Below, piece by piece: positions 1 to 9,474 of a DNA stretch of 64,000 nt (the first letter of the stretch is position 1; every line of letters begins with the position of its first letter). The DNA is from an uncultured bacterium (GTDB taxonomy: Bacteria; Babelota; Babeliae; Babelales; Babelaceae), in contig CAWGPQ010000017.1 in NCBI GenBank assembly GCA_963824495.1, forward strand, positions 64,001 to 128,000, in the 5' to 3' direction. The translations under genes were made by a program, and so were the position numbers. The notes below the pieces were generated by a model. That model was not told the DNA's origin and did not search any database. It was given only the letters and a program-made list of their open reading frames with translations.

Positions 1-1
1 C

Positions 2-196
2 CAATCAAAATCACATACTATTGGCAGTTTTGACCGACTTCCAGCAAGCCCTGCTTTCTGGATTTCTGCTGGAGCAGTTAGCACAGGAATAGTACTTGCT
101 ATAAAATGTAGAAGTATATTTTTGAAGCCGACTAACTTTAGGTTTTTGAAGTACCTTTTTTCTAAGCACAACAGGCAGAAGCAGCATGCAGTATAA
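2..196 (+). CDS. 3' end of a possible small membrane protein (partial at window edge)
   Basis: Frame open from base 2 to TAA at 194-196: QSKSHTIGSFDRLPASPAFWISAGAVSTGIVLAIK...; hydrophobic stretch loosely resembles the next ORF. Confidence 0.3.
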   Translation, partial: QSKSHTIGSFDRLPASPAFWISAGAVSTGIVLAIKCRSIFLKPTNFRFLKYLFSKHNRQKQHAV

Positions 197-276
197 TACC
201 ATTTTATAAGCTGTTTCTTGTGAAAATATTTCAGCAAAAAGCCTGCTCTATTTATTTTAATATATAACAACGTAGT

Positions 277-594
277 ATGATTAATCAAAGTATTAACTCG
301 AGGATGAACATGAACTATATTTTTTTATTTTTATCACTCATGCTTATCAGCTTTCTAGCCAGCCAAGAAGCTTACTGTCAATTAGATACACAAGATACCA
401 CCAAGCTCGGTATAGTAGATGAATCTGCGGACATACTGACAGAGCCGTTAATACACCCAGCCCTCTTGCTTGGTGCACTAACCACCTGGCTTGTGCTTTG
501 TGCAAAAAAAGGAGTTTTGCCACTTTCTCTGCATCAAACAAGCTTATTAAGTAATGTCCTGGGCTTTTCAAGAAACTGTCGTGCAAAAATATAG
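277..594 (+). CDS. Hypothetical exported/membrane protein
   Basis: N-terminal hydrophobic signal-like segment plus a second hydrophobic segment; overlaps the truA start region. Confidence 0.45.
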   Translation: MINQSINSRMNMNYIFLFLSLMLISFLASQEAYCQLDTQDTTKLGIVDESADILTEPLIHPALLLGALTTWLVLCAKKGVLPLSLHQTSLLSNVLGFSRNCRAKI

Positions 595-1339
595 AGTTAT
601 TATCGCCTACGATGGGACTAACTATCACGGTTGGCAAGTGCAACCGGATATTCCTACTATAGCAGGAGTTATGCAAGAGCAGTTTAGATCAGTATTTAGT
701 GATGCTATTACCCTTGTGGGTGCATCGCGTACTGACGCTGGCGTACACGCTTTGGGGCAAGTAGCCCATTTTTCCACAGGGCTAGACATTTCGCCTCAAG
801 CTATGCTACGAGCCTGGAATGCGCATCTACCAGCTGATATTCATATCCGTTCACTTGGGCTGGTTTTGCCTTCGTTTCATGCTCAGCGTAACGTTGTGCA
901 AAAAGTTTATTACTATCATGTTTTTACACAACGGCCATTACCGTTTTGTGCTCGATATGGTCTTTATTATAGGTTCCCACTAGATATCGAAAAATTAGAT
1001 GCTTGCCTTGGATTAGTTATCGGCACGCATGATTTTCGTTCATTTACAACAGGCTACGAACACGAGAGCACTATCAGAAGCATTACAAGTATCACCTGCA
1101 TACCCTATCGGCAGCTTAGAGCATATCGTATACGTATTGAAGGACCCAGCTTTTTACGCTATATGATTCGTCGCATTGTTGGAGCAGCGTTGCACATAGC
1201 ATCATCGCAGGAGCTTGATGTAAAGCATTTTGCGCATGCCCTTGAAGAGAAAAATCCTGAGCAACAGTTGCCAACTGCTCCCGCGCATGGGTTATTATTA
1301 CGTAAGATGTGGCACAAACCTGGAGAAGAGCATGACTAA
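554..1339 (+). CDS. truA: tRNA pseudouridine(38-40) synthase TruA
   Basis: IAYDGTNYHGWQ, GASRTDAGVHA with catalytic Asp, GTHDFRSF, FLRYMIRRIVG, TAPAHGL. Confidence 0.95.
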   Translation: MSWAFQETVVQKYRVIIAYDGTNYHGWQVQPDIPTIAGVMQEQFRSVFSDAITLVGASRTDAGVHALGQVAHFSTGLDISPQAMLRAWNAHLPADIHIRSLGLVLPSFHAQRNVVQKVYYYHVFTQRPLPFCARYGLYYRFPLDIEKLDACLGLVIGTHDFRSFTTGYEHESTIRSITSITCIPYRQLRAYRIRIEGPSFLRYMIRRIVGAALHIASSQELDVKHFAHALEEKNPEQQLPTAPAHGLLLRKMWHKPGEEHD

Positions 1340-1877
1340 TCGTCGTTTATCCCGAGTACTCATCGGCATTATTGGTATTATTACTCTTGGCAGCGCTGCG
1401 TATTACGCAACCCATGCTCGCGAAGGCGTATACTCTTATAACGTTAGCACGGATCGACAATTTATATTGGATACTATTAAGAATAACTGGTACTGGCTTG
1501 TAACTGATCCTACGTCCAATTTCGATCCATCCTATATGGAAAACAGGTTTTTATTGCATAATCCAGAAGGTGGTAATATTTTTGTAAAAGTATATCGCAT
1601 TCAGGGCAAGCCTATTGGATTTATAACTTATTATAAGAGAAATTTTTATAAAGGTGTCATTAACCTTCTTGCTATTGATGAAAACTATCGTGGTAAAGGA
1701 TATAGCGACAAGCTATTGAACGCCGCTATTAACGATCTTCAGCATCAAGGTAGTACGTCAGTACAATTAATAACACGTGTCACTAATGAGCCAGCTAAAA
1801 AGCTCTATATACGTTCGGGTTTTAAAGAATCGGGGCTTAATAATGGCATTGTTCATTATGAAAAAAGCCTGAGTTAG
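1332..1877 (+). CDS. GNAT family N-acetyltransferase with N-terminal membrane anchor
   Basis: LAIDENYRGKGYS acetyl-CoA motif, NEPAKKLYIRSGF; ATG at 1332 overlaps the truA end. Confidence 0.85.
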   Translation: MTNRRLSRVLIGIIGIITLGSAAYYATHAREGVYSYNVSTDRQFILDTIKNNWYWLVTDPTSNFDPSYMENRFLLHNPEGGNIFVKVYRIQGKPIGFITYYKRNFYKGVINLLAIDENYRGKGYSDKLLNAAINDLQHQGSTSVQLITRVTNEPAKKLYIRSGFKESGLNNGIVHYEKSLS

Positions 1878-3262
1878 GATATATTACTCTTAGGTTCTTG
1901 CAGTTCATGGGGACCAGTGCTTCCCTTCTCATAAAAATAGAGGCGTAAGTTTATTACTTTGATTGCATCGATAATTTTCCAAGCATAATCTATCTCATGA
2001 AATCGCACAGAAACTACGTGATCTCCTTTGAATATGTCCTGAAAAATTACTTCATAAGCATTTATCATAAAAGACCGGCTATCTCTGTAACGAAACTCAA
2101 GTGTAGTCGGCAGTATGTGTCGAGTTATATCAGGTTCATTAGCTAGTATAGTTATATCAAGACCAGCATGTGGTGCTATCTGGATAGTGAGTGCTGGTTC
2201 TCGGGCGGAGCCGACCATACCAGGAAATACTTTGGGTTTTTTGAACACAATACGAGCCAAAACCTCTTGCTTATGTAAGTATTTACCTGTCTGCAGAAAA
2301 AAGGGCACATTTTCCCATTGGGTAGTATTAATGTTGAATCTGAGTGCTGCAAAAGTCTCTGTCATAGAATCAGATGCTACACCAGATTCCTGACGATAGC
2401 CTATATATTGACCTAAGATACCATCAACAAATTCAGCGTTACTCAAAACTTGAATCTTGGCATCTGTGATATTTTTGCCTCTTAAATTTTCCATCGGGGG
2501 TAAAGCAACCAACGACATGAGCTGCAGTAGATGATTTTGAACAATATCACGTAAGGCACCGGTGGTATCATAAAATTTCCCTCTATCTTCTATACCCAGA
2601 GTTTCATTAAGCAGAATTTCGATACGCTCAATATGCTTATTGTTCCATAATGGCTCAAAAAAGGGATTTTCAAAGCGCACCGTAACGGCATTACTTACGG
2701 TCCCTTTGGCTGTGAAAAAATCTATAAGAAACACTTGCTTTTCATTAAGCATCTGCTCAATGGCTTGATATATCGCTTGTGCCGATACACGGTCTTTACC
2801 AAAAGGCTTTTCGTAAGCAATTCTATGCCAATAAAATCGAGGATAATCTTGGTGCTCTATAATACCAGCTTGCAGAGAATTTCGCGTAATAGCTTCATAA
2901 TATTCCCAGGATGAAGAGCAATAAAGCACTCTATTGCCTGAGTGATTACTTGAAAGGCTAAATTCTTGTTCAGCTTGCCTGATTATATCGTTAAGTTTTA
3001 CGTAATCCTGCTCTTTGGTAACATCAAGTTGAACGTAGCGACTATGGTCACCAAACTCACTCCACGTATCGGGGTCAAGAGCGTGAATAAACTCTTGTGC
3101 ACCTTCAAGCATTTCATTAACAGAGATATCAGGAAGTGCACCGCCAATAAGAGCAAATTTAGTAAGCTTCTTACTCGCAAAAAGCTGGTAGAGAGCAGGG
3201 ATTAACGCTCGCCGAGCCACATCACCGGTTGCTCCAAGTAATACAAACGTTACTTCAAACAT
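1874..3262 (-). CDS. zwf: Glucose-6-phosphate dehydrogenase homolog (divergent copy)
   Basis: GATGD NADP-binding motif, EKPFG, GALRDIVQNH, WENVPFFLQTGK; IDHYLGK replaced by IDFFTAK. Confidence 0.85.
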   Translation of the reverse strand: MFEVTFVLLGATGDVARRALIPALYQLFASKKLTKFALIGGALPDISVNEMLEGAQEFIHALDPDTWSEFGDHSRYVQLDVTKEQDYVKLNDIIRQAEQEFSLSSNHSGNRVLYCSSSWEYYEAITRNSLQAGIIEHQDYPRFYWHRIAYEKPFGKDRVSAQAIYQAIEQMLNEKQVFLIDFFTAKGTVSNAVTVRFENPFFEPLWNNKHIERIEILLNETLGIEDRGKFYDTTGALRDIVQNHLLQLMSLVALPPMENLRGKNITDAKIQVLSNAEFVDGILGQYIGYRQESGVASDSMTETFAALRFNINTTQWENVPFFLQTGKYLHKQEVLARIVFKKPKVFPGMVGSAREPALTIQIAPHAGLDITILANEPDITRHILPTTLEFRYRDSRSFMINAYEVIFQDIFKGDHVVSVRFHEIDYAWKIIDAIKVINLRLYFYEKGSTGPHELQEPKSNIS

Positions 3263-3409
3263 GTGATAACTTTCTCTTAATATTTATACTTTCTCTTTGG
3301 ACACACAGTTTCTCCTATAGATACTTGTAGTCACCTAGTTACCCAGTCACCTATTGATCCGTCCATAGTGTAGACTATACTACAAAGTGCCTATTTTGAC
3401 AGGAAAAAA

Positions 3410-4205
3410 ATGCTTATGAAAAAATTACCCGTAGACGTAAGTGATTTTAATATTATGATTACCGAGAATTATCTCTACGTGGATAAAACTCAGCATATCT
3501 ATAACCTCATAACCCAAGGTAGATTATACTTTCTCTCTCGTCCCCGTCGATTTGGCAAGTCACTTTTAATTTCAACCCTTAAAGAGATCTTTTTGGGCAA
3601 TAAGCACCTTTTTGAAGGCTTATGGATAGACACAAGCAATTATTAATGAACTGAGCATCCCGTTATCCACTTAGATCTATCGTCAATTTCCTACCAAAAT
3701 GCTGAATCACTCAGGGCAGATCTTACATGGGCGCTCCAAGATATTGCTCGAAATTATGGCATTACCACAAGTAATGCTCCTCCACTTGAAACAACACTCC
3801 GTGCTGTTGTAACACAACTTGCAGTACGTGGAAAGGTAGTTGTACTTATAGATGAATACGATTACCCTCTTTTACGTCATCTTCATAGTCATGAATCTGC
3901 TCACGCTCTACAAGAAGCGTTGAGCTCTTTTTTTGTTGTCTTCAAAAGTCTGGATTCGTATTTACGTGCCCTTTTTATGACAGGCGTAAGCAAGTTCTCA
4001 AAAACGTCAGTCTTTTCTGGTCTTAATAATCTTAATGACATTACGCTCGATACCCGTGTATCAACTCTTTTAGGCTATACCGATGAAGAAATCACAAGCT
4101 ATTTTTCAGCACATATACAGAACATAGCACAAGAGCACACACTATCGGAAGAACTTATCCATCAAGAGATGAAGCAATGGTACAATGGATACCAATTCTC
4201 TGAAG
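3410..4205 (+). pseudogene. AAA-ATPase-like protein (PD-(D/E)XK-associated family), N-terminal part; in-frame stops, C-terminus lost
   Basis: YVDKT, LSRPRRFGKS (Walker A), LIDEYD (Walker B), SGLNNL, WYNGY all in one frame, interrupted by TAA TGA at 3644-3649. Confidence 0.85.
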
Positions 4206-4211
4206 CCCCGT

Positions 4212-4774
4212 CAGGTGGAGCAACCGGTGCTACTGGCTTAACTGGCTCAGGTGCTACAGGGGCTACCGGTTTTACCGGGTTACTGGCCCGGCAGGTGGTG
4301 CAACTGGAGCCACTGGATCGGCAGGCTCTGCGGGTTCAACGGGGGCCACGGGTGCAACAGGAACAAGTGGTATTTTAGGATATGGTTATATTTATAATCT
4401 TTCTGCTCAAACAGTAGCTATTGAAGCGCCAACTCTTTTTGACAACAATGGTTTTCTGCTTGGAGTCACACACCCCTGGATCTCCTACGATTAATGTTGT
4501 TAGCACTGGAACGTATGCTGTTATTTTTTCCGTTTCTGGAACAGAACCTAATCAATTTGCACTATTTATAAATGGTGCTACAGCTACAGAAAGCATTTAC
4601 GCTTCAGGTGCTGGCACCCAGCAAAACACTGGCCTATCTATTCTTCAATCGGTTGCTGGTGATGCTTTAACTCTTGTAAATCATTCTTCTGCCGCAGCTG
4701 TAACTCTTGCAACTCCAATCGGCGGAACACAAGCAAATGTAAATGCTTCAGTTCTCATCTTACAAATAGCTTAA
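4212..4774 (+). pseudogene. Collagen-like (GXT repeat) protein with BclA-like C-terminal domain; frameshifted, 5' part missing
   Basis: GATGATG/GSTGATG triplets, then YGYIYNLSAQTV...GTYAVIFSVSGTEPNQFALFING...NASVLILQIA across two frameshifts near 4280 and 4472. Confidence 0.75.
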
Positions 4775-4797
4775 CAAAATTAAAAAACAAAATAACC

Positions 4798-4824
4798 AGG
4801 TGGGGAGGCGCTTAGCCTCCTCCT
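4798..4824 (+). terminator. Probable intrinsic terminator hairpin
   Basis: GGGGAGGC-GCTTA-GCCTCCTCC inverted repeat just after the stop codon. Confidence 0.5.
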
Positions 4825-4978
4825 ATCAGACTACTGCACGTGCCATAACAGTTACAGTATTTTAGAGTACGTAATGATTGCTGCAATAATATTATTGACT
4901 AACATAAATTATTTTATATAGAATTAGAAGTAATGGTTAATAATTATTCGTGAAACCTAAAGTGTACAGGCGAAAATC

Positions 4979-7003
4979 ATGAAAAATCTTGCAAAAAAAA
5001 TAAGTGCTATACTTATAGCCATAGTATTTTCATTCTCCGTAATGGAAAGCGTAACAGCAATGACAAGCAATATGCTAAGCTCTCTGGACCAAGAGACTGC
5101 CGATATATTAACAGATTGGGCAACGTATATCGTTGTTGGAGCGGGTGCAGCAGGAAGCGTAGTAGCGGCCCGATTGGCCGAAAACCCCAAGAATAATGTC
5201 TTGGTAATTGAGCTAGGACCTAACAATCTTGGCAATCACTGGATTGAACAGCCTTCTGCTAGCTCGCTGCTTTGGGAGCATCCAGATGGCCCTAGACCAT
5301 CCCCAACATCATTAGCATTTGAAACAGCAATGCAGCTCGGGCGTCGATACCGTTATCCACGGGGAGATGGAGCTGGTGGCAGCACAAATCATCATTCTCT
5401 GATTGACGGACGTGGTTCAGCTCATATTTATGACAATATTGCAGAGCTTGTTGGAGACCAACGATGGTCATATCGCAATATACTGCCATATTTCAAAAAA
5501 ATGGAGTCGTATAATGTTCCCTTAGCCGATACAAAGTTTCACGGATCTACTGGCTGGTTGAACATTAAAAAAGGCACGGTTAAATCTCCCTTGCATAGAG
5601 ATTTTCTTCATACTGCAAGCAAAGTTACATCTGCGCCTATTCGTGCTGATATGTCGGGCGATCCAAAAAATGCAGATGGGGTAGGCATTACAGATCTCCA
5701 AATAACGCCCCAAGGGAAACGTTCTTCAGCCTTTGAGCATCTGCTTGTACCGCACATGGCTCGCAATGACAACATTATTGTACTCTTTAACACGCTCGCT
5801 ACGCGCGTCTTGACCAAGCAAACAGATACGGGATTAGTAGCAGTTGGCATTGAATGTCTTCATAAACCTCACGCCTATTTAGCTGATACTAGTGCCAATA
5901 CTACAAAATCCGAAGCACAACAGCCTCTACGTGTTCGATTTAATGCTCGCAATGAGGTCATCTTATCCGGCGGGGCCATTAATACCCCACAATTGCTTTT
6001 ATTATCCGGAATAGGACCACGCCAACATTTACTTGACATGAATATTCCTGTGGTGCTTGATCATCCGGGGGTCGGCACGGACCTGATGGACCATCATGAA
6101 GCTGCTATTGTTTTCGAAGTTGACCCACTCAAAATGGTGTGGCCTGCACAAGCCACTACCATTATAGACAACATTGATTCGTATCTTAAACGATCACCAA
6201 CGAACAAGCAGACAGTAAAGCGCTTACTAAAACTCAAGTCATACCTTCAGAAATTTGCTGATAGAACCGAGCAACGTGAAACCAGCGGGGGCATCGTTCT
6301 TGATTGGTATTCTGGTCTTGATACCGATATTGGTCACGATCTTCATATTCATAGTGGCGAAGGATTTTGGTTTGACTTCGACTTGAGCAGTACTGAGCCT
6401 TTACCCGATGGTAAATTACGCACCGATTACCTACGATCGCAACACGATATACTACACCCAGACTTTTTACGAGTTCTGCACCAATGTTTGATTGAGGTAT
6501 TAAAAGTGAGTCAAGCCAATGGTACCATTCGATTGGCAAGTGCTGACCCGACGGTACCTCCCATTATAGACCTGGCGCTCTACAAGGACGACGAGGCTAC
6601 AGAACGCATCGCTCGGGGTATGAAAATGGTTCGTGAAATTGTTCGACATCCACAAATGAAATCGTACTATAAGCTTGACGCTAACGGAAATCCTTTAGAA
6701 ATCTTTCCAGGCTCACAGGTGCAGACACTGGATCAGCTGAAGTATTACCTCAAGCGATGGTCAGCTTTTGGCCATCATATTTCAGGTACAGCAAAAATGG
6801 GTCGGCCCTCCCAACAAAACGCAGTTATTGACAGCAAGTTACGTGTTTTTGGTATTCCCAATTTACGTATAGTTGACACAAGTGTTTATCCCTTCCCTTA
6901 TCTACACGGTTATAATACATCTCGGGGTGCGTATTTAGTGGGCGAAATTGGTGCCGATCTTATCAAAGAAACTCACAAGTGGAGGGGACGTGAAAAAAAT
7001 TGA
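4979..7003 (+). CDS. GMC (glucose-methanol-choline) oxidoreductase with signal peptide
   Basis: IVVGAGAAGSVVAARL FAD motif, GGSTNH, SGGAINTPQLLLLSGIGP, HISGTAKMG, LRIVDTS. Confidence 0.92.
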   Translation: MKNLAKKISAILIAIVFSFSVMESVTAMTSNMLSSLDQETADILTDWATYIVVGAGAAGSVVAARLAENPKNNVLVIELGPNNLGNHWIEQPSASSLLWEHPDGPRPSPTSLAFETAMQLGRRYRYPRGDGAGGSTNHHSLIDGRGSAHIYDNIAELVGDQRWSYRNILPYFKKMESYNVPLADTKFHGSTGWLNIKKGTVKSPLHRDFLHTASKVTSAPIRADMSGDPKNADGVGITDLQITPQGKRSSAFEHLLVPHMARNDNIIVLFNTLATRVLTKQTDTGLVAVGIECLHKPHAYLADTSANTTKSEAQQPLRVRFNARNEVILSGGAINTPQLLLLSGIGPRQHLLDMNIPVVLDHPGVGTDLMDHHEAAIVFEVDPLKMVWPAQATTIIDNIDSYLKRSPTNKQTVKRLLKLKSYLQKFADRTEQRETSGGIVLDWYSGLDTDIGHDLHIHSGEGFWFDFDLSSTEPLPDGKLRTDYLRSQHDILHPDFLRVLHQCLIEVLKVSQANGTIRLASADPTVPPIIDLALYKDDEATERIARGMKMVREIVRHPQMKSYYKLDANGNPLEIFPGSQVQTLDQLKYYLKRWSAFGHHISGTAKMGRPSQQNAVIDSKLRVFGIPNLRIVDTSVYPFPYLHGYNTSRGAYLVGEIGADLIKETHKWRGREKN

Positions 7004-8018
7004 CCTTTTTGCAGGGCTTCCACACGATATACTCGAAAAGCGAAAAAAATCAGCAGAACCAACGTTTATGGAGCCCATGCTCGCTACCTTAACAACTGAT
7101 TATTTTTCTAGTAAAGACTGGATTTTCGAACACAAATTTGATGGAGAACGTTGTCTTGCCTTTAAAAAAAGTGGTAATGTTATCTTAAAATCGCGTGCTA
7201 ACAAAGAAATGAATAACGAATACCCAGAACTTGTCAAAGCACTTGCTGAACAGTCTGCTCATAATTTTATAATCGATGGAGAAATTGTTGCACTTAACCA
7301 AAATGGATTATCAGATTTTCAGCTATTACAAGGACGAATTAATCTACGTAAGAGTACGAAAGTTGCCCAAGAAGAAACTATAGTTCCTATTTACTATCGA
7401 ATTTTTGATGTACTCTATGCTGATGGCTATGATATACGTGATCTACCACTTCTTGCACGCAAACTTATTTTAAAGAGGTTACTTGACTACACGGAAATGC
7501 TTACCTACAGCACCTATCGTTCCACTAACGGGCTTGAGTTCTTTAAGGAAGCCTGCAAACTGCACTGGGAGGGTCTTATCGCCAAGCGTGCTCAAAGCCC
7601 TTATGTAGGAGTCCGATCGCGTGACTGGCTTAAATTTAAGTGCATTATGGAACAAGAATTTGTTATTGTTGGTTATACAGACCCTAAAGGTTCACGGTCT
7701 GATTTCGGGGCACTTCTTGTTGGTTATTACGCCGGCAACAAATTATTATATGCAGGCAAAGTAGGCACTGGCTATAGCGTAGCCACACTTGCTATGCTTG
7801 GTGCTAAGTTACGTAAGCTGCACATCTCACAATGTCCTCTTGCTAACTATACTGGACCAACGAAGGGCGTGCATTGGGTTAAACCCGAACTCGTTGCTGA
7901 AATTCGATTTGCTGAATGGACCAAAGACAATAGATTGAGAGTGCCACGCTATGAAGGATTACGTGATGACAAAGCTGCGAAAGACGTAATAAAAGAGGTG
8001 CCTTCTTCTATAAGATAA
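6990..8018 (+). CDS. ATP-dependent DNA ligase (LigD ligase-domain type)
   Basis: EHKFDGER motif I, IDGEIV, FDVL, EGLIAK, WLKFK, GKVGTG, RVPRYEGLRDDK; GTG at 6990 after GGAGG. Confidence 0.92.
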   Translation: MKKIDLFAGLPHDILEKRKKSAEPTFMEPMLATLTTDYFSSKDWIFEHKFDGERCLAFKKSGNVILKSRANKEMNNEYPELVKALAEQSAHNFIIDGEIVALNQNGLSDFQLLQGRINLRKSTKVAQEETIVPIYYRIFDVLYADGYDIRDLPLLARKLILKRLLDYTEMLTYSTYRSTNGLEFFKEACKLHWEGLIAKRAQSPYVGVRSRDWLKFKCIMEQEFVIVGYTDPKGSRSDFGALLVGYYAGNKLLYAGKVGTGYSVATLAMLGAKLRKLHISQCPLANYTGPTKGVHWVKPELVAEIRFAEWTKDNRLRVPRYEGLRDDKAAKDVIKEVPSSIR

Positions 8019-8604
8019 ATTTCTTTAATAAGTTTTTGATTTTCCCTATATTCAGTTGTCGTTCAAGCTGCCAGGCATTAATAACTTCCTCTCTTGATGC
8101 AGTTGGATACTGCTGGAGGAACCGCTGCATAAAATTAATATACGCCCATTCTTTTTTAGGCGAAGCTTTTTTTTGTTTTCTCAGCAGATACTCTTCTTGC
8201 CAAAATGTAGCAAATTCTGCATAGGTAGGAGGTTTTCCTGATAACCAGCGCATAGTAAGCCAATCAATACCGAATGCCGTAAAGTGGAAATGATTACCTA
8301 TAAGCGTTTTAAAAAAAGCCCGTGCCTTTGCATCATTTTTGTATGAGCCATACAGCATGAGCGTATTTGACGTAAGAGGATAATAAAGCCCTTTTTGTGC
8401 TTTGGAAATAGCAGGTATAGCACGCAGCATCACAACTCCGCCTGTTTGTACAAACGTAATAATACGATAAATCAAAACAACTTTAGTGCCTTTTATGGAT
8501 AGATGATAATGTGCGCATACATCTCTGAGCTCAGCAATGTTCATATAGCAAAGAGCATCGTTGAGCTGCTGGATGTCATCAGTGTGTAAAGTATTGTTAT
8601 TCAT
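8008..8604 (-). CDS. Hypothetical protein, SAP-like N-terminus with DUF6434-like region
   Basis: MNIAELRDVC...GTKVVLIYRI helix pattern; RAFFKTLIGNHFHF. Confidence 0.6.
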   Translation of the reverse strand: MNNNTLHTDDIQQLNDALCYMNIAELRDVCAHYHLSIKGTKVVLIYRIITFVQTGGVVMLRAIPAISKAQKGLYYPLTSNTLMLYGSYKNDAKARAFFKTLIGNHFHFTAFGIDWLTMRWLSGKPPTYAEFATFWQEEYLLRKQKKASPKKEWAYINFMQRFLQQYPTASREEVINAWQLERQLNIGKIKNLLKKFIL

Positions 8605-8633
8605 ATTTTAGCCGATCAATAAGCAACGTAAAA

Positions 8634-9338
8634 CTACACAAGGTATTCGAGAATCTTCCGCTGTAGTTTTATCAGCTCCTTATGGTAGTCAGTGATCCAT
8701 AGGTTGATCTTATGCGGACAGTTCGAAATCGTGTAAATTTCCTTTTTGTTCACATTTGGGGTATGCCGATCGATTAATGTAATAACTCCGGACGGAATCA
8801 CGTCATCTTTTTCACCCATAATTACGAGCAATTTGCCAGTAAAAGCCTCAAGTGTAGACAAAACATCGGTATTCCGCCAGCTCTTATGCGTCCTTATAAT
8901 CTGCGTAAAACCTTGATCGAAGTGTATATCGTAGGCTCTTCCATCATAGAGTGCTAGGCAGAACGATATGAGCGTGTCGATATTGTACAATTCTAGCATT
9001 TTCATAGCGATATAGCCACCCATACTAGCACCACAGATTATGAGCGGTAATTGTCCCACCACTTGGTTAATTAATGCCTGGGCTTCGATCACTCGCTTTT
9101 TCAGGCTACTTTTCTTGAGTTCGCCTGTGCTTTGTCCGTGCCCACTGAAATCAATAGCAAAAACACTCACGCCATTTTTAACAATTGGCTCGGCAACATT
9201 GTTAATAAGCTCTTTAGCACTCGTACCCGCACCATGCAGAAACACAAATTTTGATGAAGCAGATAAGACGCTATTATGCAGACTGATTCCAGCAATAGTT
9301 TCTTCACCAACTTGGAGCACAAAAGGGTTTTTAATCAT
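8634..9338 (-). CDS. Alpha/beta-fold hydrolase
   Basis: FLHGAG, DFSGHGQS, GASMG nucleophile elbow, GEKDDVI, C-terminal His. Confidence 0.9.
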   Translation of the reverse strand: MIKNPFVLQVGEETIAGISLHNSVLSASSKFVFLHGAGTSAKELINNVAEPIVKNGVSVFAIDFSGHGQSTGELKKSSLKKRVIEAQALINQVVGQLPLIICGASMGGYIAMKMLELYNIDTLISFCLALYDGRAYDIHFDQGFTQIIRTHKSWRNTDVLSTLEAFTGKLLVIMGEKDDVIPSGVITLIDRHTPNVNKKEIYTISNCPHKINLWITDYHKELIKLQRKILEYLV

Positions 9339-9474
9339 AGCTTATCTTGTTTGCAGATAAAATTAGCCCATCAAGATAACATAAATATTGCAATCTATTA
9401 GTCACATATGCAAGAGTATCAAAGATGAAAATATATCTACAAGACAGTGTAATAGATATTATAAAGGTAGACAA

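Noticed and set aside
11..202. Minus-strand 63-aa ORF at the window start
   Set aside because: No motif; an open plus-strand frame co-oriented with downstream genes is at least as plausible
3644..3649. In-frame TGA at a likely Trp position suggesting an alternative genetic code
   Set aside because: It follows a TAA, TGG is used for Trp throughout, and TGA ends intact genes such as gnd and gpmI
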